From Octopus sinensis (taxonomy: Eukaryota), in assembly GCF_006345805.1 (NCBI RefSeq), contig NC_043001.1:35588001-35652000 (forward strand): 64,000 nucleotides of DNA. Reading direction: 5' to 3'. Numbering within the stretch: position 1 is the first letter of the stretch; every line of letters begins with the position of its first letter. The translations under genes were made by a program, and so were the position numbers. The notes beneath the pieces are model-generated. The model had not been told where the DNA came from and made no database searches. It worked only from the letters and a program-made list of their open reading frames with translations. Below are positions 11,228 through 23,245 of this stretch, in pieces.

Positions 11228-11793
11228 TTGGGTTGTCCGGAAAATTCGTGCCGATTTATGGTAGCTTAAGTTTCGACTTATTTTAGAACATGGTTGAGTT
11301 CATAAAATAGGATTTGACTACACCTCCATTTAGAGCACAGTTTAAGTTATCTTTTCCTGGAAGAAGATTTATGTTCCTATAACCTGTGTTAATTCTGTAT
11401 CCCTTTAAAATGGAAGATAAGAAAGTTCATTTTCGGCACTTGATGCTTTGGCAACCAGACAAAAATTGCTGCAGCTCGGCTGGGATGTGTTACCCGACCC
11501 TCCATATTCATTAGATATTGCTCCTTCGGATTTCCACTTATTCAGGTCTCTGCAGAATAGTCTTAATGGTAAAAATGTCAATTCCTTGGATGACGTAAAA
11601 AGATACCTTGATGAATCCTTTGCCATGGAACCATCTCAATTCTGGGAAGAGGGTATTTTGAAGTTAAAGGAAAGGTGGAGACGCATTGTGCAACAAAATG
11701 GTTCATATTTGGTTGATTAAAAATGTAATGACAAGTATTTATTGACCTTTTTCTTTCCTTTAAAAATCGGAATGAACTTTCCGGATAACCCAA
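11228..11793 (+). mobile_element. Internally deleted mariner (Tc1/mariner) element
   Basis: TIRs ttgggttgtccggaaaattcgtgccgattt / aaatcggaatgaactttccggataacccaa with TA TSDs. N-terminus MEDKKVHFRHLMLW (ATG 11410) is fused out of frame to the C-terminus ...PPYSLDIAPSDFHLFRSLQNSL... Confidence 0.95.
11448..11720 (+). pseudogene. Mariner transposase C-terminal fragment
   Basis: WDVLPDPPYSLDIAPSDFHLF resembles the mariner YSPDLAPSDFHLF motif containing the third catalytic Asp. Confidence 0.92.
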
Positions 11794-11954
11794 TATTTCA
11801 CCAAAACGTCAATACGAGTGTTTCTATCGTGGTATGTACCGCAGTAAAGTTTGTCCTAACAGAACATCCATGTTTAAGTGGGGATAAATTGTACACTGAA
11901 TAGAACGACGAAAAGTTAAGATTAGAATACTTCTAACCATAGCTGTACTTCATT

Positions 11955-12342
11955 GGATGGAAGCACTCCGTCGGTTACGACGACGAGGGTTCCGGTTGAT
12001 CCGATCAACGGAACAGCCTGCTCGTAAAATTAACGTGTAAGTGGCTGAGCACTCCACAGACACGTGTACCCTTAACGTAGTTCTCGGGGGAGATTCAGCA
12101 TGACACAAGAGAGTGACAAGGCTGGCCCTTTGAAATACAGGTACAACAGAAGCAGGAAGTAAGAGTGAGAGAAAGTTGTGGTGAAAGGGTACAGCAGGGA
12201 TCACCACCATTCCCTGTCGGAGCCTCGTGGAGCTTTAGGTGTTTTCGCTCAATAAACACTCACAACCCCCGGTCTGGGAATCGAAACCGCGATCCTACGA
12301 CCGCGAGTCGGCTGCCCTAACCACTGGGCCATTGCGCCTCCA
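11955..12342 (-). mobile_element. SINE family C (long-tail subfamily) with 12-bp TSD
   Basis: TSD ctgtacttcatt at 11943-11954 and 12343-12354; tRNA-like head on the minus strand. Confidence 0.92.
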
Positions 12343-12656
12343 CTGTACTTCATTACAGTTGATCTGGACGAAACAACAATATCAATTAATTATTTGTCAT
12401 CATAACTAAAATGAATTCAAAACAAAACCATGCCTTTCCAGCAATAAGAGCTCATGCTGAAGTAATGAGAATGATATTTGGACTTTCATGTCGTGAAGAC
12501 ATTACTCATGGCCTCACGTATGATATAATTAGCAAAACATGAACGAAACCTCTTACACATAATTTTCATAAAAGTGATATGCTTTCCTTGGAATATGTTC
12601 ATAAAAATCACAGTTACTGTTGGAGGCATATAATGGAAAGTGATTCCACTGTAATC

Positions 12657-12697
<41 letters not shown>

Positions 12698-12700
<3 letters not shown>

Positions 12701-12930
12701 CCTTTCTACTATAGGCACAAGTCCTGGATTTTGTGAGGCTGGGGACAGTCGATCACATCGACCCCAAGTACTCAACTGGTACTTAATTTATGGATTCCGA
12801 AACGATGAAAGGCAAAGTCGATCTCAGCGGGATTTGAACTTAGAACGTAAGGACGGACGAAATGCCGCTAAGCATTTTGCCTGGCGTGCTAGTGGTTCTG
12901 CCAGGTCACCGCCTTAATAATAATAATAAC

Positions 12931-12972
<42 letters not shown>

Positions 12973-13179
12973 CCTTTTTACTGGAAGCACATGGCCTCAA
13001 ATTTTGGGGAAGGGATTAAGTCGATTACATCGATCCCAATGCGTAACTGATGCTTATTTAATTGATTTCGAAAGGATGAGAGACAAAGTCAACATCGGCG
13101 GAATTTGAACTCAGAACACGAAGACGGACGAAATGCCGCTTATCATTTTGCTCGGTGTGCTAACAATTCTGCCAGCTCG
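12698..13179 (-). mobile_element. Two older SINE family B copies separated by (AAT)n
   Basis: Diverged B cores at 12698-12913 and 12972-13179. Confidence 0.75.
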
Positions 13180-13199
13180 AGTACAGAGAATATTACACT

Positions 13200-14305
13200 A
13201 GATATAGACACTAAAGAGAATTAGATCCCAATCACCAATGTAAATACCTAAGAATAAATGGAGCAGTTAAAATACAAGAGGGAAAAATCAGGAAAGGACA
13301 CTTGAGAAGAATGAGAATAGTATAAAGAAAACTAAACCCAGTGCTGGAAGTAAGAAAATTGCTATAAATACATTAGACATACCTTTTATATACTACAGCT
13401 TCAATATGATAAACAGGAACCTAAGTGAATTGAAAAAATTTAGATAGAAAACCCAGGAAACAACTGAAAACATACGGCAATCACCATACTAAAGCAAATA
13501 TATACAATGTACCTACCCCGCAGAGAAGTAGGGCGTGGCCAGACATAAATAGAAAATTTCTATAAAATGATAACTGTTGGACTGGACAAATACTTAGAAA
13601 CAAAGAGTGGAAAACTCATAAATGTAGTAAAGCAACATGAAAAGCAAAATGTCTCTCAGTAAACATCAGGAAATGATAACGTACTAAACTGAAACAATAA
13701 TTAAAAAAAAAAACCCCAGCTCAGCTTAGAAGGATAACAATGAATACACAATTATAAAACATACTAAAGAAGAAATGGTGGGGGGGGGGCAAAGTTCTCT
13801 CTACGGACAATACACTGCCAAAGCTCGATAGACAAACATTAAAAGAAAGTCATCAATGGCTCAAAAGCCAGGCCTAAAATAAAGGACTGAAGACTGATTC
13901 TCGCGACACAAGACCCACGTATAGTCGCAACAATTATAAGAATAAGAAATATTGAATTTCTAAATCTCTCGTAGAGACATGTACGGTGGTGGGGCGATAG
14001 AATGGTTATATACTGTCAATCTAACAAGAACGTGACAGTAGGGGGTACACCACCGCTGTATATACATATAAGGACACAGGGAAAAATGTGTCAAAGCCAT
14101 CAGGAGGCGTTCGATGCTTCCTAGGGCTATACAGCGGTGGTGTACCCCCTACTGTCACGTTCTTGTTAGATTGACAGTATACAACCATTCAATTATAAGA
14201 ATGAAATAAGGAAAATGTATCCAAGCACCAAATTGCAGAATGTGTAACCAGCGCAATGAGATGGTTAAAAAACATCATTTCCGATTGCGCAGTCATTGCA
14301 CTTTG
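13200..14305 (+). mobile_element. Decayed R4/Dong-type non-LTR retrotransposon (RT C-terminus to CCHC knuckle), interrupted at 13944-14190
   Basis: Frameshifted motifs resembling AINT..YSF, DRKTRK, HH.KA..MY.PR...GRG, WLKS and (C)RMCNQRNEMVKNIISDC. Confidence 0.75.
14000..14190. repeat. 63-bp inverted repeat around a ~65-bp spacer
   Basis: 14000-14062 is the reverse complement of 14128-14190 with 1 mismatch. Confidence 0.92.
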
Positions 14306-14329
14306 ACCAATTTCCAGTGTTTGTTACAC

Positions 14330-14529
14330 CTTTACTCGTTTCAGTCATTTGACTGTGGCCATGCTGGAGCACCGCCTTTAGTCGAGCAAATCGACCCCAT
14401 GACGTATTCTTTGTAAGCCTAGTACTTATTCTATCGGTACTTTTGCCGAACCGCAAAGTTACGGCGACGTAAACGCACCAGTATCGATTGTCAAGCGATG
14501 TTGGGGGACAAACACAGACACGCAAACAC

Positions 14530-14562
<33 letters not shown>

Positions 14563-14563
14563 T

Positions 14564-14612
<49 letters not shown>

Positions 14613-14773
14613 ACGGGATTCTTTCTCTTTCCGTCCACCAAGTCCACTTACAAGGCTTTGGTCGGCCCGAGACGAAAGTAGAAGACACTTGCCCAAGGTG
14701 CCATGCAGTGGGACTGAACCCGGAGTCACGCGGTTCGTAAGCAAGCTACTTACCACACAGCCACTCCTACTCC
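14330..14773 (-). mobile_element. SINE family A, full length
   Basis: Head and body match the family. Confidence 0.88.
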
Positions 14774-15289
14774 TAATAAAATATTTTATCGATCACGGTC
14801 TGGAAAAAATAAAATAAAATAAAACGTAGAGGAGCTGACCTCTGCATGATTTGAACTCAGAATGTAAAGAGCTGGAACGTATATAGTACGGCAGTTTATC
14901 CGACTTTCTCGCAACCCTGTTAACTCGACACAAAATGCAAAAGACCCAACCCAGACAAAATAAAGACCCAAACTCTTATTTGATGAATCATGCTTCATAA
15001 TAACACAGATGTTATTTATTCTGCAGAGAGAGGAAAAAAGACAGAAGTGCAACCGAAGTGTTATGAATAAGATTCATTGCATTTCTAATGCAGATGCATG
15101 TAAATGCACAATTACTGCAATTTGGCATTTAGCATACAAGGGATGTACAGCACTTTATTCCAACGTTTCCTTGGATTCTAGTTTAATCTCCCTGTGTATG
15201 TTCCGCCGTTCATTCCAATAAATTCTGTATCTTGTTGATCTGTTTCATATTAGCTTTTGTTTATTATTTTATCCTCGTTAAATTTATTT

Positions 15290-15612
15290 TCGTTGGCTGC
15301 CGTTGTCGTTGTTTTTGTTGTTGTTGTTGTTGTTGTTATTGTTATTATTTTCGTTGTTGTCATTGCTGTCGCTTTAATTCGTGTTGCTATTGCTGTTGTC
15401 ATTTTTATCCTTCCTTCCTTCATTATTTCTTGCTCCTGTTGTTGACGTATTTTCCACAATAGTTAAAGCAAACGTAATTCAGTTGTTGTGGTGGTGGTGG
15501 TTGTTGTTGTTGTTGTTGTTGTTGTTGTTGCTGCTGCTGCTGCTGTTGTTGTTGTTGCTGCTGTTGCTGCTGCTGCTGTTGTTGTTGTTGTTGTTGTTGC
15601 TGCTGCTGTTGC

Positions 15613-15661
<49 letters not shown>

Positions 15662-16200
15662 GATGATGCTGTTGGTGCCGTCGTTGCCACTGATGCTGCA
15701 GCAACATCTAATGTTGTTGACATTGATATTGTACAACCCAGTCTCTTTCATTTTTATTCAGTAGTAGTCGTCATCGTCATCATGTCTGTTGTAGTTACGG
15801 CTGTAGTTGACATTGATATGTTTCCTACTTGTATATTTCTGCGGTGCTTTTTTTTTGTCTTTTTTTTTGTCTTCCTTTCCACAATTCCTCTTATTGTTGT
15901 TTTTAGTAGTGATGATGTTGGTAATGGCGGCCGTCATAATCATTGTGGTCTTCTTGTTTGTTTCTTTTTTTTCTTTTTTCCCAACCCCCCTTATTTAGAA
16001 ATTCCATTTCGCAATAATATATGCTAATGTTATTCATGTTGCTTTTGTGTTATTTTTCTTTTGTTCTAGTCGTTGTCATCGCCGTTGTTCCTGCAGTTAC
16101 TCCGACAATGTTGGATAATATTTTCATAGCAATTATTTCATATTTATATTACTATTGTTGTTGTTTTTGTTATTGTTGTTGGTGGTGGTGTTATTTAACA
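15290..16200. repeat. Compound (GTT)n/(GCT)n low-complexity block
   Basis: Seen directly. Confidence 0.9.
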
Positions 16201-16219
16201 CTAAGTTTGACTTCATCTA

Positions 16220-16468
16220 AAATAAATAAATGCGCCCTTTTAAAGCCTTAGCCAGGCTCATGGGCCCGGTTTCCCGGTTTCAATGGCGTATGTGTTCCCC
16301 AGCTGGACGGGACGCCAGCCCATCGTAGTGTTACTCATTTTTGCCAGCTGAGTGGACTAGAGCAACGTGAAATGAAGTGTTTTGCTCGAGAACACAGCGC
16401 GTCGCCCGGTCCAGGAATCTAAACCACAATCTTACGATCATGATGCTGACACGCTAACCACTAAGCCA
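16220..16468 (-). mobile_element. SINE family C
   Basis: Reverse complement of the 10460 copy. Confidence 0.85.
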
Positions 16469-16948
16469 TCTAGCAGACCTATATTCAAAGACATTCCAGC
16501 TGTGACTATCTGGTCTGTTTCATTTCACAGTATACTTAAAACGTTAAGCAATGTTTTCTTCCAAGTTGATATAGAAAGTACGGAGTGATATGCTCAAGAC
16601 ATAGCTGCTATTTCTAGCAAACATGTTGACTCGATACGCTCTCCTTCAGTGGTAAATGCAGAAGGACATAAAGCAAAGGCCAAAATGCCTTGGATTACTT
16701 AGTTACGTTCTTTTAATTCAAATGTATTCAATGTCAACATTATTTTCCTCCATCTGGAGCCTTAATATTAGGTACCAATCATTTGCTGGTGTCCATAGTA
16801 CCTATTTTATACCTCATATTAATTGCACGTGAAAGAAAAATCGTTAGAAGAGGCGTGAAGTATTGTCAGTTATAGTAGTAGTAGTAGTAGTAGAAGTAGT
16901 AGTTGACGGAGAGATCACATCACTGTGCGTCTGAAGTTATTGTGATTT

Positions 16949-17178
16949 ATACCTATTTCTTTACTACCCACAAGGGGCTAAACACAGAGAGGACAAACAA
17001 GGACAGACGGTTTAAGTCGATTACATCGACCCCAGTGCGTAACTGGTACTTAATTTATCGACCCCGAAAGGATGAAAGGCCAAGTCGGCCTTGGCGGAAT
17101 TTGAACTCAGAACCTAACGGCAGACGAAATACGGCTACGCATTTCGCCCGGCGTGCTAACGTTTCTGCCAGCTCGCCG
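16949..17178 (-). mobile_element. SINE family B, full length
   Basis: Head, core and tail present. Confidence 0.9.
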
Positions 17179-17635
17179 ACTTCCCGGGCGAAACATTCAT
17201 CGATTGTTATAGACAAACATGCATTCATATATATAATATAATATAGTATAATATAATATAATATAATATAATATAATACAATATAAATTTATATATGTCT
17301 ATATGTACGCGTGATTTATACCTGCCAGTAAGATGTGTGCATACGTGCATGTGTGTCTAATTGAGCGTGTATGCGTATGTGTACGTGTGTGTGTGTGTGT
17401 ATCTGACTTTATACACATACACACACGCGCATGTGCGCGTACACACACGCATGCACACACACAAACACGCATAAACGTACACTCACACACACACGCACAC
17501 ACACACACATTTCCAAAAGCGAATGGACTTTCCTTTCTTCGACTTCCCGGGCGAAACATTCATCGATTGTTGTAGACAAATATGCATTCATATATATATA
17601 TATATAATATAATATAGTATAATTACAATAGGTTA

Positions 17636-17868
17636 GGGCAGCGAGCTGGTAGAAACGTTAGCACGCCGGGCGAAATGCGTAGCCGTATTTCGTCTGCCGT
17701 TAAGTATTCTGGGTTCAAATCCCGCCGAGGTCGACTTTGCCTTTCATCCTTTCGGGGTCGATAAATTAAGTACTAGTTACGCACTGGGGTCGATGTAATC
17801 GACTTAATCCCTTTGTCTGTCCTTGTTTGTCCCCTCTATGTTTAGCCCCTTGTGGGTAGTAAAGAAAT
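17636..17868 (+). mobile_element. SINE family B, full length
   Basis: Inserted in (ATAAT)n with atataatatagtataat duplicated on both sides. Confidence 0.9.
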
Positions 17869-18491
17869 ATATAATATAGTATAATATAATATAATATAAT
17901 ATAATATAAATTTATATATGTCTATATGTACGCGTGTATTTATTTTAGCGAACGTTATAAGCATCAGTTGTGCAAACGTTGCTAGCTTTGACGTTATTTT
18001 CATCGAAGAACTAAAGCTATTTAATGTTCACTGTGAAACATTTCTCGATTAACGCTAAGTAATTTCAAGGTATATTTGATATTGCGTTTTGACTGAACAG
18101 CGGGTGGCACGAGTTGAAGATTCGTTTGCTTGCGCTGCTCACTACTGCCTGATTTTCGGTAAGAATTTAATCCTCCTTTTAAACTTGCTTCTTCTCAAGA
18201 CATCCTCATAATAATTAGCAGCTGGCCCTATCTGAGAGCATATTAGATATACTTTTACTTGTATTACTTACTATTAGATGGGTGACTGAAGGCTTTCTTT
18301 ATATATAGAAGTTCCTCTTTCGACTTTCCTATTACGTTTCTTCATTGCCATGTCTTGAGATTGGTTTGTGTTAACTACCATTTTTACTCTCTCCCTCCCC
18401 TCTCTCTTAGACGCACGCACACACATACATACGCACGCATGTATATATACATATATAAACGCGTGTGTGTATAGATAGACAGATAGATATA

Positions 18492-18563
<72 letters not shown>

Positions 18564-18684
18564 CCTCGGCACTGTAACAATGCATGGGATAGTCGATCTC
18601 GACGGAATTTTTATTCAGAACGTAAAAGCCGACGAAATGCCGCTAAGCATTCTGCCTGGGCTATTAACGTATATATATATATCT

Positions 18685-18912
18685 TCGCGCCCTTTTGAAG
18701 CCTAGCTAGGCTCATGGGCCCAGTTTCCCGGTTTCTGTGGCGCATGTGTTCCCCAGGTGGACGGGATGCCAGTCCATCGCACCTGAGTGGACTGGAGCAA
18801 TGTGAAATGAAGTGTTTTGCTGAAGACCACAACGCGTCGCCCGGTCCAGGAATCGAAACCACAATCTTACGATCATGGTGCTGACACCCTAACCACTAAG
18901 TCACGCGCCTCC
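18685..18912 (-). mobile_element. SINE family C
   Basis: Family match. Confidence 0.85.
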
Positions 18913-18972
18913 ACACACACACACATATATTTATTTATTTATTACACCTATATATATATATCTATATATATG

Positions 18973-19003
<31 letters not shown>

Positions 19004-19045
19004 GAGAGTGAGAGAGAGTGAGAGATCTAGATAGATTAGATAAAG

Positions 19046-19092
<47 letters not shown>

Positions 19093-20072
19093 CATATAGA
19101 TAAATAGATTTATCTATAAATAAAAGACGTAATTAAATATTTTCAATGAAAACAAAACGATGAAAGTCTATGTATGTATATATCTGTCCATCTCTTTTTT
19201 TTCTCCTCCTCCTCTCTCTCTCTCTCTCCCTATATAATATATATATATATATATAATATATAATATATATATATATATATATATGTATATGTTGTATATG
19301 TATGTATGTATCTATGTATGTATGTATATATATATATAATTGCATCGCTTTGCTTTCATTGAAGATATTTAAAACACATCTGTATCGTCATATTCCTTTT
19401 GTTTATTTTGCAACATATACTATAATTGTTTTGTAATATATACTATAATGTACCAAAATATTCCATTCTACATATATAATATAAACGTTGACACTATTCT
19501 GCTGTATGACACACCAAAACATTTCCCAAACAAGTACAATTCCCTGTGCGCGCGCGCACAATCGTGTGAGTGTGTATTTCTTGAACGCAGAATGGTTTCC
19601 TCGAAGACACTAGAATTGTGAGAAGGAAAAAGTTTTGAAATTTTTCTTACGCCATAATGAACTAAGACGTAATACTCACACCCACATACACACGCTTGCA
19701 CGCACACACACACACACACACGCAATACACACACACACACATATATATTTTTGATTTACCAATGCCTAAATTCCCCATAGGATGGGGTAGCCACAACAAA
19801 ACACACACCAGGCATTCCATTAATTTCCCAGCTCAAACAGACGAACCTCGTCCTCAGCAGTGGGGCCCGACAGCATATCCTGGTTTACCTGCGCCGCATC
19901 ATGCTGGTTCCGTACCCCTTTGAGCAACATCAGTTCACTCATCCGTCCACAAAACACTCTCCAAGATTTCCTATCATTAATATACATATGACAGGTTTCT
20001 TTCACTTTCCATTTACCAAATCCACTCATGGTTTACCAAAGGTGATAATAATAATAATAATAATAATAATTA

Positions 20073-20623
20073 GCCCTGATGCGTAGTACAGGCAGAGGCT
20101 CTCATGGCTTCTGATCTTAACTGATTGGAAGTGGTATCATGTACATTGTTCTGTCTTGGTATAAAGATGGGCTACAGCAAATATTCTGCTCAATACCACA
20201 GATTTGCTTGTCAGTTGTTTGACCTTAACCAGTTGAGCATGTCCTTAGTGGCTGACAATACGTGCATCTCTGATCACGAGCAGAAGTAGTGGGGAGCATC
20301 ATGGCCATGTGTTGAGAGGGATTCTTTGGAGTTTGAATAATTCACCTCTGGAAACATAGGTGTTTCGTTCAACATCCTAAAGCAACCCTTATTCAGGGAC
20401 CTTTTGAGCGGGATGGGCTACTCAACCTGAAGAAAATTCTACGGGGCCCCACCTGCAAGGTCATGTGCTGTTTATCTTGATATGAGATCACCATGTCGCG
20501 CACATATGGTTGTGATGCATGTGCCTGGTGTACCTTTATCAGACGGGTAGTCATGATGGGTATATTGGGCTTCGTATATTTTACCCCAGTGTCACTTTGA
20601 TGGCATGAACTGCTCTCTCACTC

Positions 20624-20625
<2 letters not shown>
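20073..20625 (+). mobile_element. Family D non-coding element in (AAT)n, full length
   Basis: Reverse complement of 6121-6673; (AAT)n on both sides. Confidence 0.88.
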
Positions 20626-20669
<44 letters not shown>

Positions 20670-20672
<3 letters not shown>

Positions 20673-21045
20673 TTGTGTACAGTGCTCAGGTGCACTACAA
20701 CTCATCTAAAGTGTATATATAATCAGGTGTAGTTTCGGCGGATTTCGGAAAGCATGAGGGCCTTAAAGGATGCAGTGTCATGGCAGTCAACAACTGACGC
20801 AGGCAGTTTATTCCATGCTTCAGCAACTCTGAGCGTGAAAAAATGTTTCCGAAAGTCATGGGAGCTGTGTTGTTTTCTGACTTTGTAGGCATGTCCACGT
20901 GTGTTAGACACATGGAGATCAAAAAGGTGTTCAGTGTTGTTGTTGGTAAGGTGGTTGATAACTTTGTGGGTGTTTACCAAGTCCGTCGCCAGACGCCGGA
21001 GCTTCAGTGAATCCATGCCCAGGGAAACAAGGCGCTCAGAATATG
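20670..21045 (-). mobile_element. CR1-type LINE 3' end
   Basis: YSERL..LGMDSLKLRRL..DL...TRGH..K..K....FRKHFF..RV..AWNKLP; short 3' UTR followed by an (ATT)n tail. Confidence 0.88.
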
Positions 21046-21244
21046 GTGATGGTAGTACACACTTGCCCAAGGTGTTACGAGGCGTGGCTGTATAGTTAAG
21101 AAGTTTACTTCGTAACCCCGTAGTTTAAGATTTTGTTTCACAGAGTGACACCTTGGTCAAGTGTGTTCTACAATCACCTTTAGCCAACCATGAATGGATT
21201 TGGTAAATAGAAAGTAAAGAAACCTGTCATATGTGCATGTATGT

Positions 21245-21433
21245 TTATTATCTTATTCTTTCATTTGTTTCAGGCATTTAACTTCGGCCATGCTGGAGCA
21301 CCACATTGAAGGATTTTAGTCGAACAAATCGAACCCGGGACTTATTCTATCCGTCTGTTTTGCCGAACCGCAAAGTTACGGGGATGTAAACACACCAACA
21401 CCGGTCGCCAAGCAGTGATTACACACACACACA

Positions 21434-21472
<39 letters not shown>

Positions 21473-21665
21473 CACAGACACACACACAATACAGACACAC
21501 ATATGTATGAACGATGGGTTTCTTTCAGTTTCTGTCTACCAAATCGACTCACAAGGCTACGGTCGGCCCGAGGCTATTGTAGAAGACACTTACCCAAGGT
21601 GCCACACAGTGGGACTGAACCCGAAAAATATGTGTGGGGAGCAATCTTCTAACACAACAGCTATA
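21245..21665 (-). mobile_element. SINE family A, diverged
   Basis: Body match with internal (CA)n. Confidence 0.75.
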
Positions 21666-21744
21666 CACACACACACAACACACACAACCACCCACACACC
21701 ACACACATCACATACCACGACACACACCATAATCATATATATAA

Positions 21745-21785
<41 letters not shown>

Positions 21786-21876
21786 CATAGTGTTGTAGTA
21801 GCATACGAGTGGATATATATTGTAAAATAGACGTTTGAAAACGCACAATATATGATAAATTTTAATTTTCTGAGAG

Positions 21877-21924
21877 ATTTGACATGTTTCGGTTCTTCTT
21901 GAAAAAACGAACCTTATCAAAAAT
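21877..21924 (-). ncRNA. Minimal hammerhead ribozyme motif, U3-A8 core variant, GUC site
   Basis: Reverse complement reads AUUU-UUGAUAA-GGUUC(13 nt)GAACC-GAAA-CAUG-UC-AAAU; palindromic ACAUGU stem III. Confidence 0.68.
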
Positions 21925-22206
21925 ATATATTTTTAAAAGTTAAGTGTAATAAAAAAAGTTCATAATTGTTTCTTACTAGTCTTAACAGAGTCCACGTGGT
22001 GGGGTTTTGTGTGGGGGAGCATAGGATGTCTTGTGAGTTGATGAGAATCATTGGTTGTAATAGTAAAAGTGACCGTTGGATATATATATATAAGTATATA
22101 TATATATAACGGGAAGCTTTATGAAAATAAACAAAAGACGAAGGCAGGTGGAAAACAAACGAACAATTGTATTAGTATGGCGCTCAGGAAATATAAATAA
22201 AACAAG

Positions 22207-22244
22207 TCTTTAACGTTTCGAGCCTACGCTCTTCAACAGAAAGA
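22207..22244 (-). ncRNA. Minimal hammerhead-like motif, copy 1 (GUU site)
   Basis: UCUUU-CUGUUGA-A-GAGC(GUAG)GCUC-GAAAC-GUU-AAAGA; palindromic AACGUU; non-canonical U6. Confidence 0.6.
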
Positions 22245-22639
22245 TACACAGAGAGAGAAAAACACAGAAAGAAGGAATATAAGAGAAAATAAAAATACAA
22301 CAAACGGGACAGTTTATGCGAACAAGTTCAAGGTGAGAAATGTGTAGACGTCGTGCGTGGTATATTTTAAGGATTTCACATCAATGCAAAGTCACTTTGA
22401 TCCGCGCGAAAGAAAGAGAGGGCAGCCGATGGTAGGTATCCAAGAGGTAAAGAAAATCCAAGGTAGAGTAGGTAAGTGTTGATAGTGGTATTGGTAGTAG
22501 ATATAGGATGAAAGTGAGACAACGTGAGCGCATAATATATAACGGGAAGCTTTATGAAAATAAACAAAAGACGAAGGCAGGTGGAAAACAAACGAACAAT
22601 TGTATTAGTATGGCGCTCAGGAAATATAAATAAAACAAG

Positions 22640-22677
22640 TCTTTAACGTTTCGAGCCTACGCTCTTCAACAGAAAGA
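22640..22677 (-). ncRNA. Minimal hammerhead-like motif, copy 2
   Basis: Identical to 22207-22244. Confidence 0.6.
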
Positions 22678-22929
22678 TACACAGAGAGAGAAAAACACAT
22701 CTCGGTGTATGTGAATTTTTGTGCTTGTGATTGACCCCTACAACCACTTGACAACCGGTGCAGCTTTGTCTACCTTCCCGTAAGCTAGCAGTAAGGCAAA
22801 AGACGACCGATAGTATATGTACCAGGCTGCAAAGTAAATAAGCACTGGGATCGATGTGTACGACCGAACCTCTTACAAACTGGGTCCCATCGTTGCCGCA
22901 GTCCAAAGATTGAAACAAGAGAAAAAGGA

Positions 22930-22975
22930 ATTATCTATCTATTTATCTATTTATCTATCTATATATCTATCTATC

Positions 22976-23052
<77 letters not shown>

Positions 23053-23085
23053 GTCTGTCTGTTTATCTATCTATCTGTTTATCTA
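22930..23085. repeat. (ATCT)n microsatellite
   Basis: Seen directly. Confidence 0.95.
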
Positions 23086-23245
23086 ACTATTTACATTATT
23101 TATATTATTTACATTTAACTGATATTTGTCCTCATCTTGTTTGTTGTTAACAACGTTTCGGCGGCTATATCCTCCAGCCTTCATCGGGTATCTTGGGGGA
23201 AATTTCGAATCTGGGTTCTCATTCCTAAGGTATTTTGTTGATGTT
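23086..23245 (-). mobile_element. Short repeat with degenerate hammerhead motif (inverted partner of 23960-24133)
   Basis: Reverse complement ...cccgatgaaggctggagg...gccgaaacgttgttaacaac matches the plus-strand copy. Confidence 0.65.

Larger units (their letters stand above)
22102..22699 (-). mobile_element. Non-autonomous element with two apparently identical 165-bp direct repeats, each containing a hammerhead motif (PLE pLTR or retrozyme-like)
   Basis: 22102-22266 matches 22535-22699 (offset 433 bp); it abuts (TA)n. Confidence 0.75.

Noticed and set aside
15381-16027. Poly-Q, poly-L, poly-V and poly-T ORFs
   Set aside because: Translations of (GTT)n/(GCT)n microsatellite, open in several frames; no domain or splice context.
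20073-20150. HDV-like ribozyme at the 5' end of family D
   Set aside because: Could not assemble consistent P1/P3 pairings by eye.
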